A stretch of 64,000 nucleotides of DNA from Isurus oxyrinchus. Its lineage: Eukaryota. Below are positions 29,501 through 43,500 of this stretch, one piece after another (position 1 is the stretch's first letter; each line of letters begins with the position of its first letter). The stretch lies in assembly GCA_026770705.1 (NCBI GenBank), contig JANJGN010000013.1, positions 64,728,001-64,792,000 of the forward strand, read 5' to 3'. A program made the position numbers and the translations under genes. The notes under the pieces were generated by a model. The model worked only from the letters and a program-made list of their open reading frames with translations. It was not told where the DNA came from and made no database searches.

Positions 29501-32500
29501 ACCAAAGCATCAGGTGCCAGAGTTACCAGAGCATCAGATGTCAAATTAATCAGGATATCAGGTGCTCTAGTAACCAGACCATCAGGTGGCAGAGTAACCA
29601 GAGATAAAGGTGGCAGAGTAGTGAGGGCATCAGGTGGCAGAATAATCAGAGCATCAGTTGGCAGAGTAACCAGAACATCAAGTGCCAGGGTTTCCAGGGC
29701 ATCAGGTGCAGGAGCAACCAGAGCATCAGGTGTCTGTGTAACCAGAGCATCAGGTTACTGATTAATGAGGGCATCAGCTGTCAGAGCAACCAGGGCATCA
29801 GGTGCCTGAGTAACCTGAGCATCAGGTTACTGATTAAACAGGGCATCATGTGCCAGAGTAACCTGAGCATCAGGTGCAGGAAGAACTAGAGCATCAGATG
29901 CTAGAGTAACCGGAGCATCATGTGGCAGAGTAACAAGAGCATCAGCTGCCAGAATAATCAGAGCATGAGGTGCTGGCATAAACAGTGTGTCATTTGGCAG
30001 AGTAACTATTGCATCAGGTGCCAGAGTTGCCATAGCATCAGGTGCCAGTGTAAACAGAGCATCAGATGGGAGAATAACCAGAGCCTCAGGTGGCAGATTA
30101 ACCAGAGCATCAGGTGGCAGAGTACCTAATGCATCAGTTGCCAGAGTACCAGTTCATCAGTTGCCAGAGTAACCAGAGCATCAGGTGCCATAGCCAACTG
30201 AGCATCAGGTGGCAGAGTAAACAGAGCATCAGTTGTCAGACTAACCAGAGAATCAGGTGCCAGTGTAACCAGAACATCAGTTGCCAGTGTAACCAGAGCA
30301 TCAGATGACAGATTTAACAGACCATCAGGTGCCAGAGTAACCAGAGCATCAAGTGGCAGAGCAGCCAGGGCATCAGTTGGCAGAGCAACCAGCGCATCAG
30401 GTGCGAGGGTACCCATGGCATCAAAAACCAGATTAACTAGAGCATCATTTGTCAGAGTAATCAGAGCATCAGGTACCAGAGTAACAAGGGCATCAGATGC
30501 CAAATTAACCAGATCACCATGCGGGAGAGTAACCAGCGCATCATGTGCCAGAGTAACCAGAGCACCAGGTGGCATGGCAACCAGGGCATCAGGTGGCAGA
30601 GAAACCAAAGCATCAGGTGCCAGTGTTATCAGAGCATCAGATGTCAAATTAATCAGGGTATCAAGTGCCTGAGTAACCAGGGCATCAGATGCTCTAGTAA
30701 CCAGAGCATCAGGTGGCAGAGTAACCAGAGATTAAGGTGGCAGAGTAACGAGGGCATCAGGTGGCAGAATAACCAGAACATCAAGTGCCAGGGTTTCCAG
30801 GGCATCAGGTGCAGGACAAACCAGAGCATCAGGTTACTGATTAACCAGGGCATCAGCTGTCAGAGCAACAAGGGCATCAGGTGTTTGAGTATCCAGAGCA
30901 TCAGATTACACATTAAACTGGGCATCATGTGCCAGAGTAACCTGAGCATCAGGTGCAGGAAGAACCAGAGCATCAGATGCTAGAGTAACCAGAGCATCAG
31001 GTGGCAGAGTAACCAGGGAATAAGGTGCCAGAGTAACCGGAGCATCATGTGGCAGAGTAACAAAAGCATCAGTTGCCAGAATAATCAGAGCATGAGGTGC
31101 CAGAATAAACAGTGCATCATTTGGCAGAGTAACTATTGCATCAAGTGCCAGATTGCCATAGCATCAGGTGCCAAAGTAAACAGAGCATCAGGTGGCAGAG
31201 TAACCAGAGCATCAGTTGCCAGAGTAACCAGAGCATCAGTTGGCCGATTACCCAATGCATCAGTTGCAAGAGTACCAGTGCATCAGGTGCCAGAGTAACC
31301 AGAGCATCAGGTGCCATAGCAAACTGAGCATCAGGTGGCAGAGTAACAAGAGCATCACTTGCCAGAGTAACCAGAGAATCAGGTGCCAGAGTAACCAGAG
31401 CATCAGATGACAGATTTAAAAGAACATCAGATGCCAGAGTAACCAGAGCACCAAGTGGCAGAGCAACAAGGGCCATCAGTTGCCCTAGTGTCCAGGGCAT
31501 CAGGTGGCTGAGTAACAAGGGCATCAGTTGGCAGAGCAACCTGGGCATCAGGTGCTAGGGTACCCATGGCATCAAGCGCCAGATTAACCAGAGCATCAGT
31601 TGGCAGATTAACCAGAGCATCAGGTGCCAGAGCAACCAGAGCATCAGGTGGCAGAGTATCCAATGCATCAGTTGCCAGAGTACCAGTGCATCAGGTGGCA
31701 GAGTTAAACAGAGCATCAGGTGCCATAGCAAACTGAGCATCAGGTGCCAGAGTAACCAGAGCAACAGGTGGCAGAGCAACCAGGGCATCAAGTGGCAGAG
31801 TAACCAAGGAATCAGTTGGCAGAGAACCCAATGCATCAGTTGGCAGCATAACCAGAGCATCAGTTGACAGCATAACCAGGGCATGAGGTGGCAGAGTAAG
31901 GAGAGGTTTAGGTGGCATAGCAACCCGGGCATCAGACTTACTAGTAACCAAAGCATCAGATTCCCGAGTAACCAGAACATCAGGTGGCAGAGTAAGCAGA
32001 GCATCAGGTGCCGGAGAAAGCATGGCATCAGGTGATAGAGTAATGAGGGAATCAGATGGCTGAGTAAGTATTGCATCAGGTGCCAGAGTTGCCATAGCAT
32101 CAGGTGTCTGTGTAACCAGAGCATCAGGTGGCAGATTAGCCAGAGCACCAGATGGCATAGTAACCAGGGCATCAGTTGCAGGAAGAGCTGTGCATCAGGT
32201 GCCAGAGTAATCAGAGCATCAGGTGCTATAGCAAACTGAGCATCAGGTGGCAGAGTAAACAGAGCATCAGTTGTCAGAGTAACCAGAGCATTAGGTGCCG
32301 GAGTAACAAAAGCATCAGTTGCCATTGTAACCAGAGCATCAGGCGACAGATGTAACAGAATATCAGGTACCAGAGGTACCAGAGCATCAGGTGGCAGATC
32401 AACCAGGGCCAGTAGGTGCCAGAGTAACCAGGGCATCAGGTGGCTGTGTAACAAGGGCATCAGTTGGCAGAGCAACCAGGCTATCAGTTAGCAGAGCAAG

Positions 32501-35500
32501 CAGGCCACAGGTGTCAGGCTAACCATTGCATCAAGTGCCAGATTAACTAGGGCATCATTTGCCAGTGTAATCAGAGCATCAGGTACCAAAGTAACCAGGG
32601 CATCAGATGCCAAAGTAACCAGAACATCATGTGGGAGAGTAACCAGAGCATCAGGTGCCAGAGTAACCAGAGCAACAGGTGGCAGAGCAACCAGGGCTTC
32701 AGGTGGCAGAGTAATCAGATCATCAGATGGCAGAGGAACTAGGGCATCAGGTGTCAGAGTAACCAGGGCATCAAGTGGCAGAGCAACCATGGCTTCAGGT
32801 GTTTGGGTAACCAGAGCATCAGTTGGCAGCATAGCCAGAGCATGAGGTGGCAGAGAAAACAGAGCATCAGGTGCCAGAGTCCCAAGAGCATTAGCTGCCA
32901 TAGTTACCAGAGCATCAGATGCCAGAATAACCAGGGTATCAGGTGCTCTAGTAACCAGAGCATCAGGTGGCAGATTAACCAGAGCATCAGCTGCCAGAGT
33001 AACCAGAGCATTAGGTGGCAGAGTAACGAGGGCATCAGTTGGCAGAATAATCAGAGCATCAGTTGGCAGGTTAACCAGAGCCTCAGCTAGCAGCATAAAC
33101 AGAGCATGAGGTGGCAGAGAAACCAAAGCATCAGTTGCCAGAGTTATCAGAGCATCAGATGTCAAATAAATCAGGATATCAGGTGCCTGAGTAACCAGGG
33201 CATCAGATGGCAGAGTAACCAGAGATTTAGGTGGCAGAGTAACGAGGGCATCAGGTGGCAGAGTAATCAGAGCATCAGTTGGCAGAGTAACCAGAGCATC
33301 ATTTGGCAGAGTAACCAGAACATCAAGTGCCAGGGTTTCCAGGGCATCATGTGCAGGAGCAACCAGAGCATCAGGTGTCTGAGTAACCAGAGCATCAGGT
33401 TACTGATTAACCAGGGTATCAGCTGTCAGAGCAACCAGGACATCAGGTGGCAGAGCAACCAGGGCACCAGGTTCTAATGTAACCAGAGCATCACATGAAA
33501 GAATAATCAGAGCATCAGATGCCCGAGTAACCAGGAATCAGGTGGCTGAATTACGAGAGCATCAGGTGCCAGAGGAACCAGGGCATCCAGTGATAGAGTA
33601 ACCAGGGAATCAGGTGGCAGAGTAACCAGAGCATCAGCTGCCAGAGCAAGCAGAGCATCAGATGCCAGAGTATTCAGAGCATCAGGTGGCAGCATTACCA
33701 GGGCAATAGGTGCTAGAGTAACCAGAGCATCAGGTGTTAGAGATAAAAGAGCATCATTTGCTAGAGCAACCAGGGCATCATGTTCCAGAGTGAGCAGAGC
33801 ATCAGTTGGCATAGTAACAAGTGCAACAGTTGACAGAGTAACCAGAGCATCAGATGCCAGATTAACAAGTGCATCAGTTGGCAGAGTAGCCAGGGCATCA
33901 TCTGCCAAAGTAAACTGAGCCTCAGGTGCCAGAATAATCAGAGCGTCTGATGCTAGTGTAACCAGAGCATCAGGTGGCAGAGTAACCAGGGAATAAGGTG
34001 CCAGAGTAACCAGAGCATCATGTGGCAGAGTAACAAGAGCATCAGCTGCCAGAATAATCAGAGCATGAGGTGCCGGAATAAACAGTGCGTCATTTGAGAG
34101 AGTAACTATTGCTTCAGGTGACAGCGTTGCCATAGCATCAGGTGCCAGTGTAAACAGAGCATCAGGTGGCAGAGTAACCAGAGCATCAGATGGCAGATTA
34201 ACCAGAGCATCAGGTGCCAGAGGAACCAGAGCATCAGGTGGAAGAGTACCCAATGCATCAGTTGCCAGAGTACCATTGCATCAGTTGGCAGAGTAACCAG
34301 AGCATCAGGTGCCATAGCAAAGTAAGCATCAGGTGGCAGAGTAAACAGTGCATCAGTTGCCAGTGTAACCAGAGCATCAGGTGACAGAGGTTTAACAGAA
34401 CATCAGGTGCCAGAGTAACCAGAGCTTCAAGTGGCAAAGCAAACAATGCATCAGTTGTCCTAGTAACCAGAGCATCATGTGGGAGAGTAACCAGAGCATC
34501 AGTTGCCAGAGTAACCAGAGCAACAGGTGGCAGAGCAACCAGGGCATCAGGTGGCAGAGTAACCAAGGAATCAGTTGGCAGAGTACCCAATGCATCAGTT
34601 GCCAGAGTATCAGTGCATCAGTTGGCAGCATAACCAGAGCAAAAATTGGCAGAGAAAACAGGGCATCAGGTGCCTCAGTAACCAGAGCATCAGGTGCTCT
34701 AGTAACCAGAGCATCAGGTAGAAGATTAACCAGAGCACCAGGTGCCAGAGTAAGGAGATATGTAGGTGGCATAGCAACCAGAGCATCAGATGGCAGAATA
34801 ATCAGAGCATCAGTTGGCAGAGTAACCAGAGCATCATGTGGCAGAGTAATCAGAACATTAGGTGCCCGAGTTTCGAGGGCATCGGGTGCTGGAGCAAGCA
34901 TGGCATCAGGTGTCTGAGTAACCAGAGCATCAGCTTGCTGATTAACCAGGGCATCAGCTGTCAGAGCAACCGGGCATCAGGTGGCAGAGCAATCAGGGCA
35001 TCAGGTGCTCTAGTAACCAAAGCATCAGATGACAGAGTAACCAGAACATCAGGTGGCAAAGTAACCAGAGCATCAGGTGCCGGAGAAAGCATGGCATCAA
35101 GTGATAGAGTAACGAGGGAATCAGGTGGCAGAGTACCCAGAGCATCAGCTGGCAGAGTAAGCAGAGTATCAGATTCCAGAGTAACCAGAGCATCAGGTGG
35201 AAGCATTACCAGAGCAACAGGTGCCAAAGTAACCAGAGCATCAGGTGTCAGAGATAAAAGAGCATCAGGTGCAGGAACAACCAGGGCATCATGTGCCAGA
35301 GTGAGCAGGGCATCAGTTGGCATAATAACAGAACATCAGTTGACAGGGTAACCAGAGCATCAGATGCCAGATTAAGAAGTGCATCAGTTGGCAGGGTAAA
35401 CAGGGAATCATGTGCCAGAGTAACCTGAGGATCAGGTGCTGGAATAACCAAAACCTCCGATGCTAGAGTAACCAGAGCATCAGGTGGCAGAGTAACCAGA

Positions 35501-38500
35501 ACATCAAGTGCCAGGGTTTCCAGGTCATCAGGTGCAGGAGCAACCAGAGCATCAGGTGTCTGAGTAACCAGAGCATCAGGTTACTGATTAACCAGGGCAT
35601 CAGCTGTCAGAGCAACCAGAGCAGCAGGTGCAGGAGCAACCGGGGCATCAGGTGTCTGAGTAACCAGAGCATCAGGTTACTGATTAAACAGGGCATCATG
35701 TGCCAGAGTAACTTGAGCATCAGGTGCAGGAAGAAGCAGAGCATCAGATGCTAGAGTAACCAGAGCAACAGGTGGCAGAGTAACCAGAGCATCAGGTGGC
35801 AGAGTAACCAAGGAATCAGTTGGCAGAGTACCCAAAGCATCAGTTGGCAGCATAACCAGAGCATCAGTTGGCAGCATAACCAGAGCATGAGGTGGCAGAG
35901 AAAACAGGTATTCAGGTGCCTGAGTAACCAGAGCACCAGGTGCCAGTGTAAGGAGAGGTGTAGGTGGCATAGCAACCCGGGCATCAGTTGGCAGCATAAC
36001 CAGAGCATCAGCTGTCAGAGCAACCAGAGCATCAGGTGCTCTAGTAACCAAAGCATCAGATGCCCGAGGAACCAGAACATCAGGTGGCAGAGTAAACAGA
36101 GCATCAGGTGCCGGAGAAAGCATGGCATCAGGTGGCAGCATTACCAGCGCAACAGGTGCCAGAATAATCAGAGCATGAGATGCCGGAATAAACAGTGCAT
36201 CATTTGGCAGAGTAACTATTGCGTCTGGTGCCAGAGTTGCCATAGCATCAGGTGTCTGTGTAACCAGAGCATCAGCTTGCCGATTAACCAGGGCATCAGC
36301 TGTCAGAGCAACCAGGGCATCAGTTGCCAGAATAGCAGGGCATCAGATGCCAGAGTAACCAGAGCATCAGGTGCTATAGCAAACTGAGCATCAGGTGGCA
36401 GAGTAAACAGAGCATCAGGTGCCAGAGTAACCAAAGCATCAATTGCCATTGTAACCAGAGCATCAGGTGGCAGATTAGCGAGAGCATCAGGTGGCATAGC
36501 AACCAGGAGATCAGTTGCCAGAATACCAGTGCTTCAGATGCCAGACTAACCAGAGCATCAGGTGCTATAGCAAACTGAGCATCAGGTGGCAGAATAATCA
36601 GAACATCAGTTGGCAGAGTAACCAGAGCATCAAGTGCCAGAGTAAACAGAGCATCAGTTGCCATTGTAACCAGAGCATCAGGAGACAGATTTAACAGAAC
36701 ATCAGGTGCCAGAGGAACCAGGGCCAGCAGTTGCCAGAGTAATCAGGGCATCAGGTGGCTGTGTAACAAGGGCATCAGATGGCAGAGCAACCAGGCTATC
36801 ATTCGGCAGAGCAAGCAGGGCCTCAGGTGCGAGGGTAACCATGGAATCAAGCAGCACATTAACTAGGGCATCATTTGCCAGTGTAATCAGAGCTTCAGGT
36901 GGCAGAGTAAGCAGAGCATCAATTGTCAGAGTAACCAGAGCATCAAGTGCCGGAGCAACCAGAGCATCAGTTGCCATTGTAACCAGAGCATCAGGTGACA
37001 GATTTAACAGAACATCAGGTGCCAGAGAAACCAGAGCATCAGATGGCAGAGCAACCAGAGCCAGCAGTTGCCAGAGTAACCAGGGCATCAAGTGGCTGTG
37101 TAACAAGGGCATCAGATGGCAGAGCAACCAGGCTATCATTTGGCAGAGCAAACAGGGCCTCAGGTGCGAGGGCAACCATGGCATCAAGCGCCAGATTAAC
37201 TAGGGCATCATTTGCTAGTTTTATCAGAGCAACAGGTGCCAAAGTAACCAGAGCATTATGTGGGAGAGTAACCAGAGCATCAGGTGCCAGAGTAAACAGA
37301 ACAACAGGTGGCATAGCAACCAGGGCATCAGATGGCAGAATAATCAGATCATCAGTTGGCAGAGTAATCAGAGCATCATGTGGCAGAGTAACCAGAACAT
37401 CAGATGCCAGAGTAAGGAGTTATGTAGGTGGCATAGCAACCAGGGCATCAGATGGCAGAATAATCAAAGCATCAGTTGGCAGAGTAACCAGAGCATCATG
37501 TGGCTGAGTAACCAGAACATCAGATGCCAGAGTTTCCAGGGCATCAGGTGCTGGAGCAAGCATAGCATCAGGTGTCTGAGTAACCAGAGCATTTCTTGCT
37601 GATTAACCAGGGCATCAGCTGTCAGAGCAACCAGGGCATCATGTGCCTGAGTAACCAAGGCATCAGGTGCTCTAGTAACCAGAGCATCAGGTGGCAGAGT
37701 AACCAGAGATTTAGGTGGCAGAGTAATGAGGGCATCAGGTGACAGAATAATCAGAGCATCAGGTGGCAGAGTAACCAGAACATCAAGTGCCAGGATTTCC
37801 AGGTCGTCAGGTGCAGGAGTAACCAGAGCATCAGGTATCAGAGTAACCAGATCATCAGGTTACTGATTAACCAGGGCATCAGTTGTCAGAGCAACCAGAG
37901 CATCAGGTGCCAGAGTCACCAGAGCATCAGGTGGCTGTGTAACAAGGGCATCAGTTGGCAGCATAACCAGAGCATGAGGTTGCAGAGAAAACAGAGCATC
38001 AGGTGCTCTAGTAACCAGAGCATCAAGTGGCAGATTATCCAGAGCACCAGGTGCCAGAGTAAGGAGAGGTTTAGGTGGCAGAGTAACGAGGGCATCAGGT
38101 GGCAGAATAATCAGAGCATCAGTTGGCAGAGTAACCAGAGCATCATGTGCAGAGTAACCAGAGCATCAGGTGCCAGAGTTTCCAGGGCATCAGGTGCCGG
38201 AGCAACCAAAGCATCAGCTTGCTGATTAACCAGGGCATCAGTTGCCAGAATAGCAGTGCATCAGATGCCAGAGTAACCAGAGCATCAGGTGCTATAGCAA
38301 ACTGAGCATCAGGTGGCAGAGTAAACAGAGCATCAGTTGTCAGAGTAACCAGGCTATCATTTGGCAGAGCAAGCAGGGCCTCAGGTGCGAGGGTAACCAT
38401 GGCATCAAGCACCAGATTAACTAGGGCATCAGTTGCCAGTGTAATCAGAACATCATGTGGGAGAGTAACTAGAGCATCAGGTGACAGAGCAACCAGGGCC

Positions 38501-41500
38501 AGCAGTTGCCAGAGTAACCAGGGCATCAGGTAGCTGTGCAACAAGGGCATCAGATGGCAGAGCAACCAGGCTATAATTTGGCAGATCAAGCAGGGCCTCA
38601 GGTGCGAGGGTAACCATAGCATCAAGTGCCAGATTAACTAGGGCATCATTTGCCAGTGTAATCAGAGCATCAGGTGCCAAAATAACCAGAGCATCATGTG
38701 GGAGAGTAACCAGAGCATCAGGTGCCAGGGTAACCAGAGCAACAGGTGGCAGAGCAACCAGGGAATCAGGTGGCAGAGTAACCAGATCATCAGGTGGCAG
38801 AGTAACCAAAGCATCAGGTGGCAGATTAACCAGAGCACCAGTTGCCAGAGTAAGGAGTTATGTAGGTGGTATAGCAACCAGAGCATCAGATGGCAGAATA
38901 ACCAGAGCATCATGTGGCAGAGTAACCAGAACATCAGGTGCCAGAGTTTCGAGGGCATCAGGTGCCGGAGCAACCATAGAATCAGGTGTCTGAGTAACCA
39001 GAGCATCTTCTTGCTGGTTAACCAGGGCATCAGCTGTCAGAGCAACCAGGGCATCAGGTGCTCTAGTAACCAGAGCATCAGGTGGCAGAGTAACCAGAGA
39101 TTTAGGTGGCAGAGTAAGCAGAGCATCAGTTGGCAGAGTAACCAGAACATCAAGTGCCAGGGTTTCCAGGTCATCAGGTGCAGGAGCAACCAGAGCATCA
39201 GGTGTCTGAGTAACCAGAGCATCAGGTTACTGATTAACCAGGGCATAGGCTGTCAGAGCAACCAGAGCAACAGGTGCAGTATCAACCAGGGCATCAGGTG
39301 TCTGAGTAACCAGAGCATCAGGTTACTGATTAAACAGGGCATCATGTGCCAGAGTAACTTGAGCATCAGGTGCAGGAAGAAGCAGAGCATCAGATGCTAG
39401 AGTAACCGGAGCATCAGGTGGCAGAGTAACCAGGGAATAAGGTGCCAGAGTAACCGGAGCATCATGTGGCAGAGTAACAAGAGCATCAGCTGCCAGAATA
39501 ATCAGAGCATGAGATGCCGGAATAAACAGTGCGTCATTTGGCAGAGTAACTATTGCATCAGGTGCCAGAGTTGCCATAGCATCAGGTGCCAGTGTAAACA
39601 GAGCATCAGGTGGGAGATTAACCAGAGCATCAGGTGGCAGATTAACCAGAGCATCAGGTGCCAGAGTAACCAGAGCATCAAGTGGCAGAGTACCCAATGC
39701 ATCAGTTGCCAGAGTACTAGTTCATCAGGTGCCAGATTAACCAGAGCATCAGGTGCCATAGTAAACTGAGCATCAGGTGGCAGAGTAAACAGAGCATCAG
39801 TTGCCAGACTAACCAGAGAATCAGGTACTAGTGTAACCAGAACATCAGTTGCCAGTGTAACCAGAGCATCGGATGACAGATTTAACAAAACATCAGGTGC
39901 CAGAGTAACCAGAGCATCAAGTGGCAGAATAACCCAGGCATCAGGTGGCTGAGTAAAAGGGCATCAGTTGGCAGAGCAACCAGGGCATCAGGTGCTAGGT
40001 TACCCATGGCATCAAACACCAGATTAACTAGAGCATCATTTGACAGAGTAATCAGAGCACCAAGTACCAGAATAACCAGGGCATCAGATGCCAAAGTAAC
40101 CAGAGCATCATGTGGGAGAGTAACCAGAGCATCAGGTGCCAGAGTAACCAGAGCAACAGGTGACAGAGCAACCAGGGCATTAGGTGGCAGAGTAATCAAG
40201 GAATCAGTTGGCAGAGTACCCAATGCATCAGTTGCCAGAGTACCAGTGCATCAGTTGGCAGCATAACCAGAGCATGAGGTGCCAGAGAATACAGGGCATC
40301 AGGTGCCTGAGTAACCAGAGCATCAGGTGCTCTAGTAACCAGAGCATCAGGTGGAAGATTAACCAGAGCACCAGGTGCCAGAGTAAGGAGAGGTGTAGGT
40401 GGCATAGCAACCAGGGCATCAGTTGGCAGAGTAACCAGAACATCATGTGGCAGAGTAACCAGAACATCACGTGCCAGATTTTCCAGGGCATCAGGTACTG
40501 GAGCAAGCATAGCATCAAGTGTCTGAGTACCCAGAGCATCAGCTTGCTGATTAATGAGGGTATCAGCTGTCAGAGCAACCAGGGCATCAGGTGGCAGAGC
40601 AACCAGGGTATCAGGTACTCTAGTAACCAAAGCATCAGATGCCAGAGTAACCAGAACATCAGGTGGCAGAGTAAGCAGAGCATCAGGTGCCAGAGAAAGC
40701 ATGGCATCAGGTGATAGAGTAATGAGGGAATCAGATGCCAGAGTAACCAGAACATCAGATTCCAGAGTAACCAGAGCATCAGGTGGCAGCATTACCAGAG
40801 CAACAGGTGCCAGAATTATCAGAGCATGAGATGCCGGAATAAACAGTGCATCATTTGGCAGAGTAACTATTGCATCAGATGCCAGATTTGCCATTGCATC
40901 AGGTGCCAGTCTAAACAGAGCATCAGGTGGCAGAGTAACCAGAGCAACAGGTGGCAGAGTAATCAGGGCATCAGGTGGCAGAGTAACCAGAGCACCAGGT
41001 GGCAGAGTAACCAAGGAATCAGGTGCCAGAGTAACCAGGGCAACAGGTGGCAGAGCAACCAGGGCATCAGGTGGCAGAGTAACCAGAGCATCAGGTGGCA
41101 GAGTAACCAGAGCATCAGGTGGCAGAGTAACCAAAGAATCAGTTGGCAGAGTAACCAGAGCATCAGGTGGCTGAGTAACTAGAGTATCAGATGCCAAATT
41201 AACCAGAGCTTCATGTGACAGAGTAACCAGAGCATCAGGTGGCAGAGCAACCAGGGCCATCAGTTGCCTGAGTAACCAGGGCATCAGGTAGCAGAGTAAC
41301 AAGGGCATCAGTTGGCAGCATAACCAGAGCATGAGGTTGCAGAGAAAACAGAGCATCAGGTGCTCTAGTAACCAGAACATCAGATGCCAGAGTAACCAGA
41401 ACATCAGGTGGCAGAGTAACCAGAGCATCAGGTGGCAGAGTAAGCAGAGCATCAGGTGCCGGAGAAAGCATGGCATCAGGTGATAGAGTAATGAGGGAAT

Positions 41501-43500
41501 CAGGTGGCAGAGTAACCAGAGCATCAGCTGGCAGAGTAAGCAGAGCATCAGATTCCAGAGTAACCAGAGCATCAGATGGCAGCATTACCAGAGCAACAGG
41601 TGCCAGAATTATCAGAGCATGAGATGCCGGAATAAACAGTGCATCATTTGGCAGAGTAACTATTGCATCAGATGCCAGATTTGCCATTGCATCAGGTGCC
41701 AGTCTAAACAGAGCATCAGGTGGCAGAGCAACCAGAGCAACAGGTGGCAGAGTAACAAGGGCATCAGTTGGCAGCATAACCAGAGCATGAGGTTGCAGAG
41801 AAAACAGAGCATCAGGTGCTCTAGTAACCAGAACATCAGATGCCAGAGTAACCAGAACATCAGGTGGCAGAGTAAGCAGAGCATCAGGTGCCGGAGAAAG
41901 CTTGGCATCAGGTGATAGAGTAATGAGGGAATCAGGTGGCAGAGTAACCAGAGCATCAGATTCCAGAGTAACCAGAGCATCAGGTGACAGCATTACCAGA
42001 GCAACAGGTGCCAGAATTATCAGACCATGTGATGGCAGAATAAACAGTGCATCATTTGGCAGAGTAACTCTTGCATCAGGTGCCAATGTAAACAGAGCAT
42101 CAGGTGACAGAGGAATCAGAGCATCCATTGCCCAAGTAACCAGGGCATCAGGTGGCTGTGTAACAAGGGCATCAGTTGGCAGAGCAACCAGGGTATCAGT
42201 TGGCAGAGCAAGCAGGGCATCAGCTGCGAGTGTAACCATGGCATCAAGTGCCAGATTAACTAGGGCATCATTTGCCAGTGTAATCAGAGCATCAGGTGCC
42301 AAAGTAACCAGGGCATAGATGCCAAAGTAACCAGAGCATCATGTGGGAGAGTAACCAGAGCATCATGTGCGAGAGTAACCAGAGGAACAGGTGGCAGAGG
42401 AACCAGAGGAACAGGTGGCAGAGCAACCAGGGCATCAGGTGGCAGAGCAACCAGGGCATCAGGTGCTCTAGTAAAAAAGCATCAGATGCCAGAGTAACCA
42501 AAACATCAGGTGGCAGAGTAAGCAGAGCATCAGGTGCCGGAGAAAGCATGGCATCAGGTGATAGAGTAATGGGGGAATCAGGTGGCAGAGTAACCAGAGC
42601 ATCAGATTCCAGAGTAACCAGAGCATCAGGTGACAGCATTACCAGAGCCACAGGTACCAGAATAATCAGAGCATGTGATGGCAGAATAAACAGTGCATCA
42701 TTTGGCAGAGTAACTCTTGCATCAGGTGCCAGAGTTGCCATAGCATCAGGTGCCAGTGTAAACAGAGCATCGGGGGCAGAGCAACCAGGGTCATCAATTG
42801 CCCGAGTAACCAGGGCATCAGGTGGCTGTGTAACAAAGGCATCAGTTGGCAGAGCAAGCAGGGCATCAGCTGCGAGTGTAACCATGGCATCAAGTGCCAG
42901 ATTAACTAGGGCATCATTTGCCAGTGTAATCAGAGCATCAGGTGCCAAAGTAACCAGGGCATAGATGCCAAAGTAACCAGAGCATCATGTGGGAGAGTAA
43001 CCAGAGCATCAGGTGCCAGAGTAACCAGAGGAACAGGTGGCAGAGAAACCAGGGCATCAGGTGGCAGAGTAACCAGAGCATCAGGTGGCAGAGTAACCAG
43101 AGCAGCAGGTGGCTGAGTAACCAGAGTATCAGATGCCAAATTAACCAGATCATCATGTGGCAGAGCAACAAGGGCATCAGTTGACACATAACCAGAGCAA
43201 GAGGTTGCAGAGCATCAGGTGCCAGAGTCACCAGAGCATCAGGTGGCTGTGTAACAAGGGCATCAGTTGGCAGTATAACCAGAGCATGAGGTTGCAGAGA
43301 AAACAGAGCATCAGGTGCTCTAGTAACCAGAGCATCAAGTGGCAGATTATCCAGAGCACCAGGTGCCAGAGTAAGGAGAGGTTTAGGTGGCAGAGTAACG
43401 AGGGCATCAGGTGGCAGAATAATCAGAGCATCAGTTGGCAGAGTAACCAGAACATCAGGTGCCAGAGTTTCTTGGGTATCAGGTGCCGGAGCAAGCATGG
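20600..43500. repeat. Subfamily domain C of the 24-bp array
   Basis: Diagnostic variants are GATGTCAAAT(T/A)AAT (~20980-33160), GGTTACTGATT (~24140-39325), AAGGAG(ATAT/AGGT/TTAT)...AGGTGG (25421-43373) and AGATAAAAGAGC (24484-35252). Boundaries are approximate and overlap domain B. Confidence 0.7.
27061..27352. repeat. 120-bp (5-monomer) local tandem duplication, ~2.4 copies
   Basis: Lines starting at 27061, 27181 and 27301 are nearly identical, as are lines 27121 and 27241. Confidence 0.9.

Noticed and set aside
38696-39400. Plus-strand QSIRCQSN/QSIRWQSN or RASGARVT repeat proteins (up to 234 aa)
   Set aside because: These are alternative frames of the same monomer, broken often by TGA/TAG from common variants, with no independent coding evidence.
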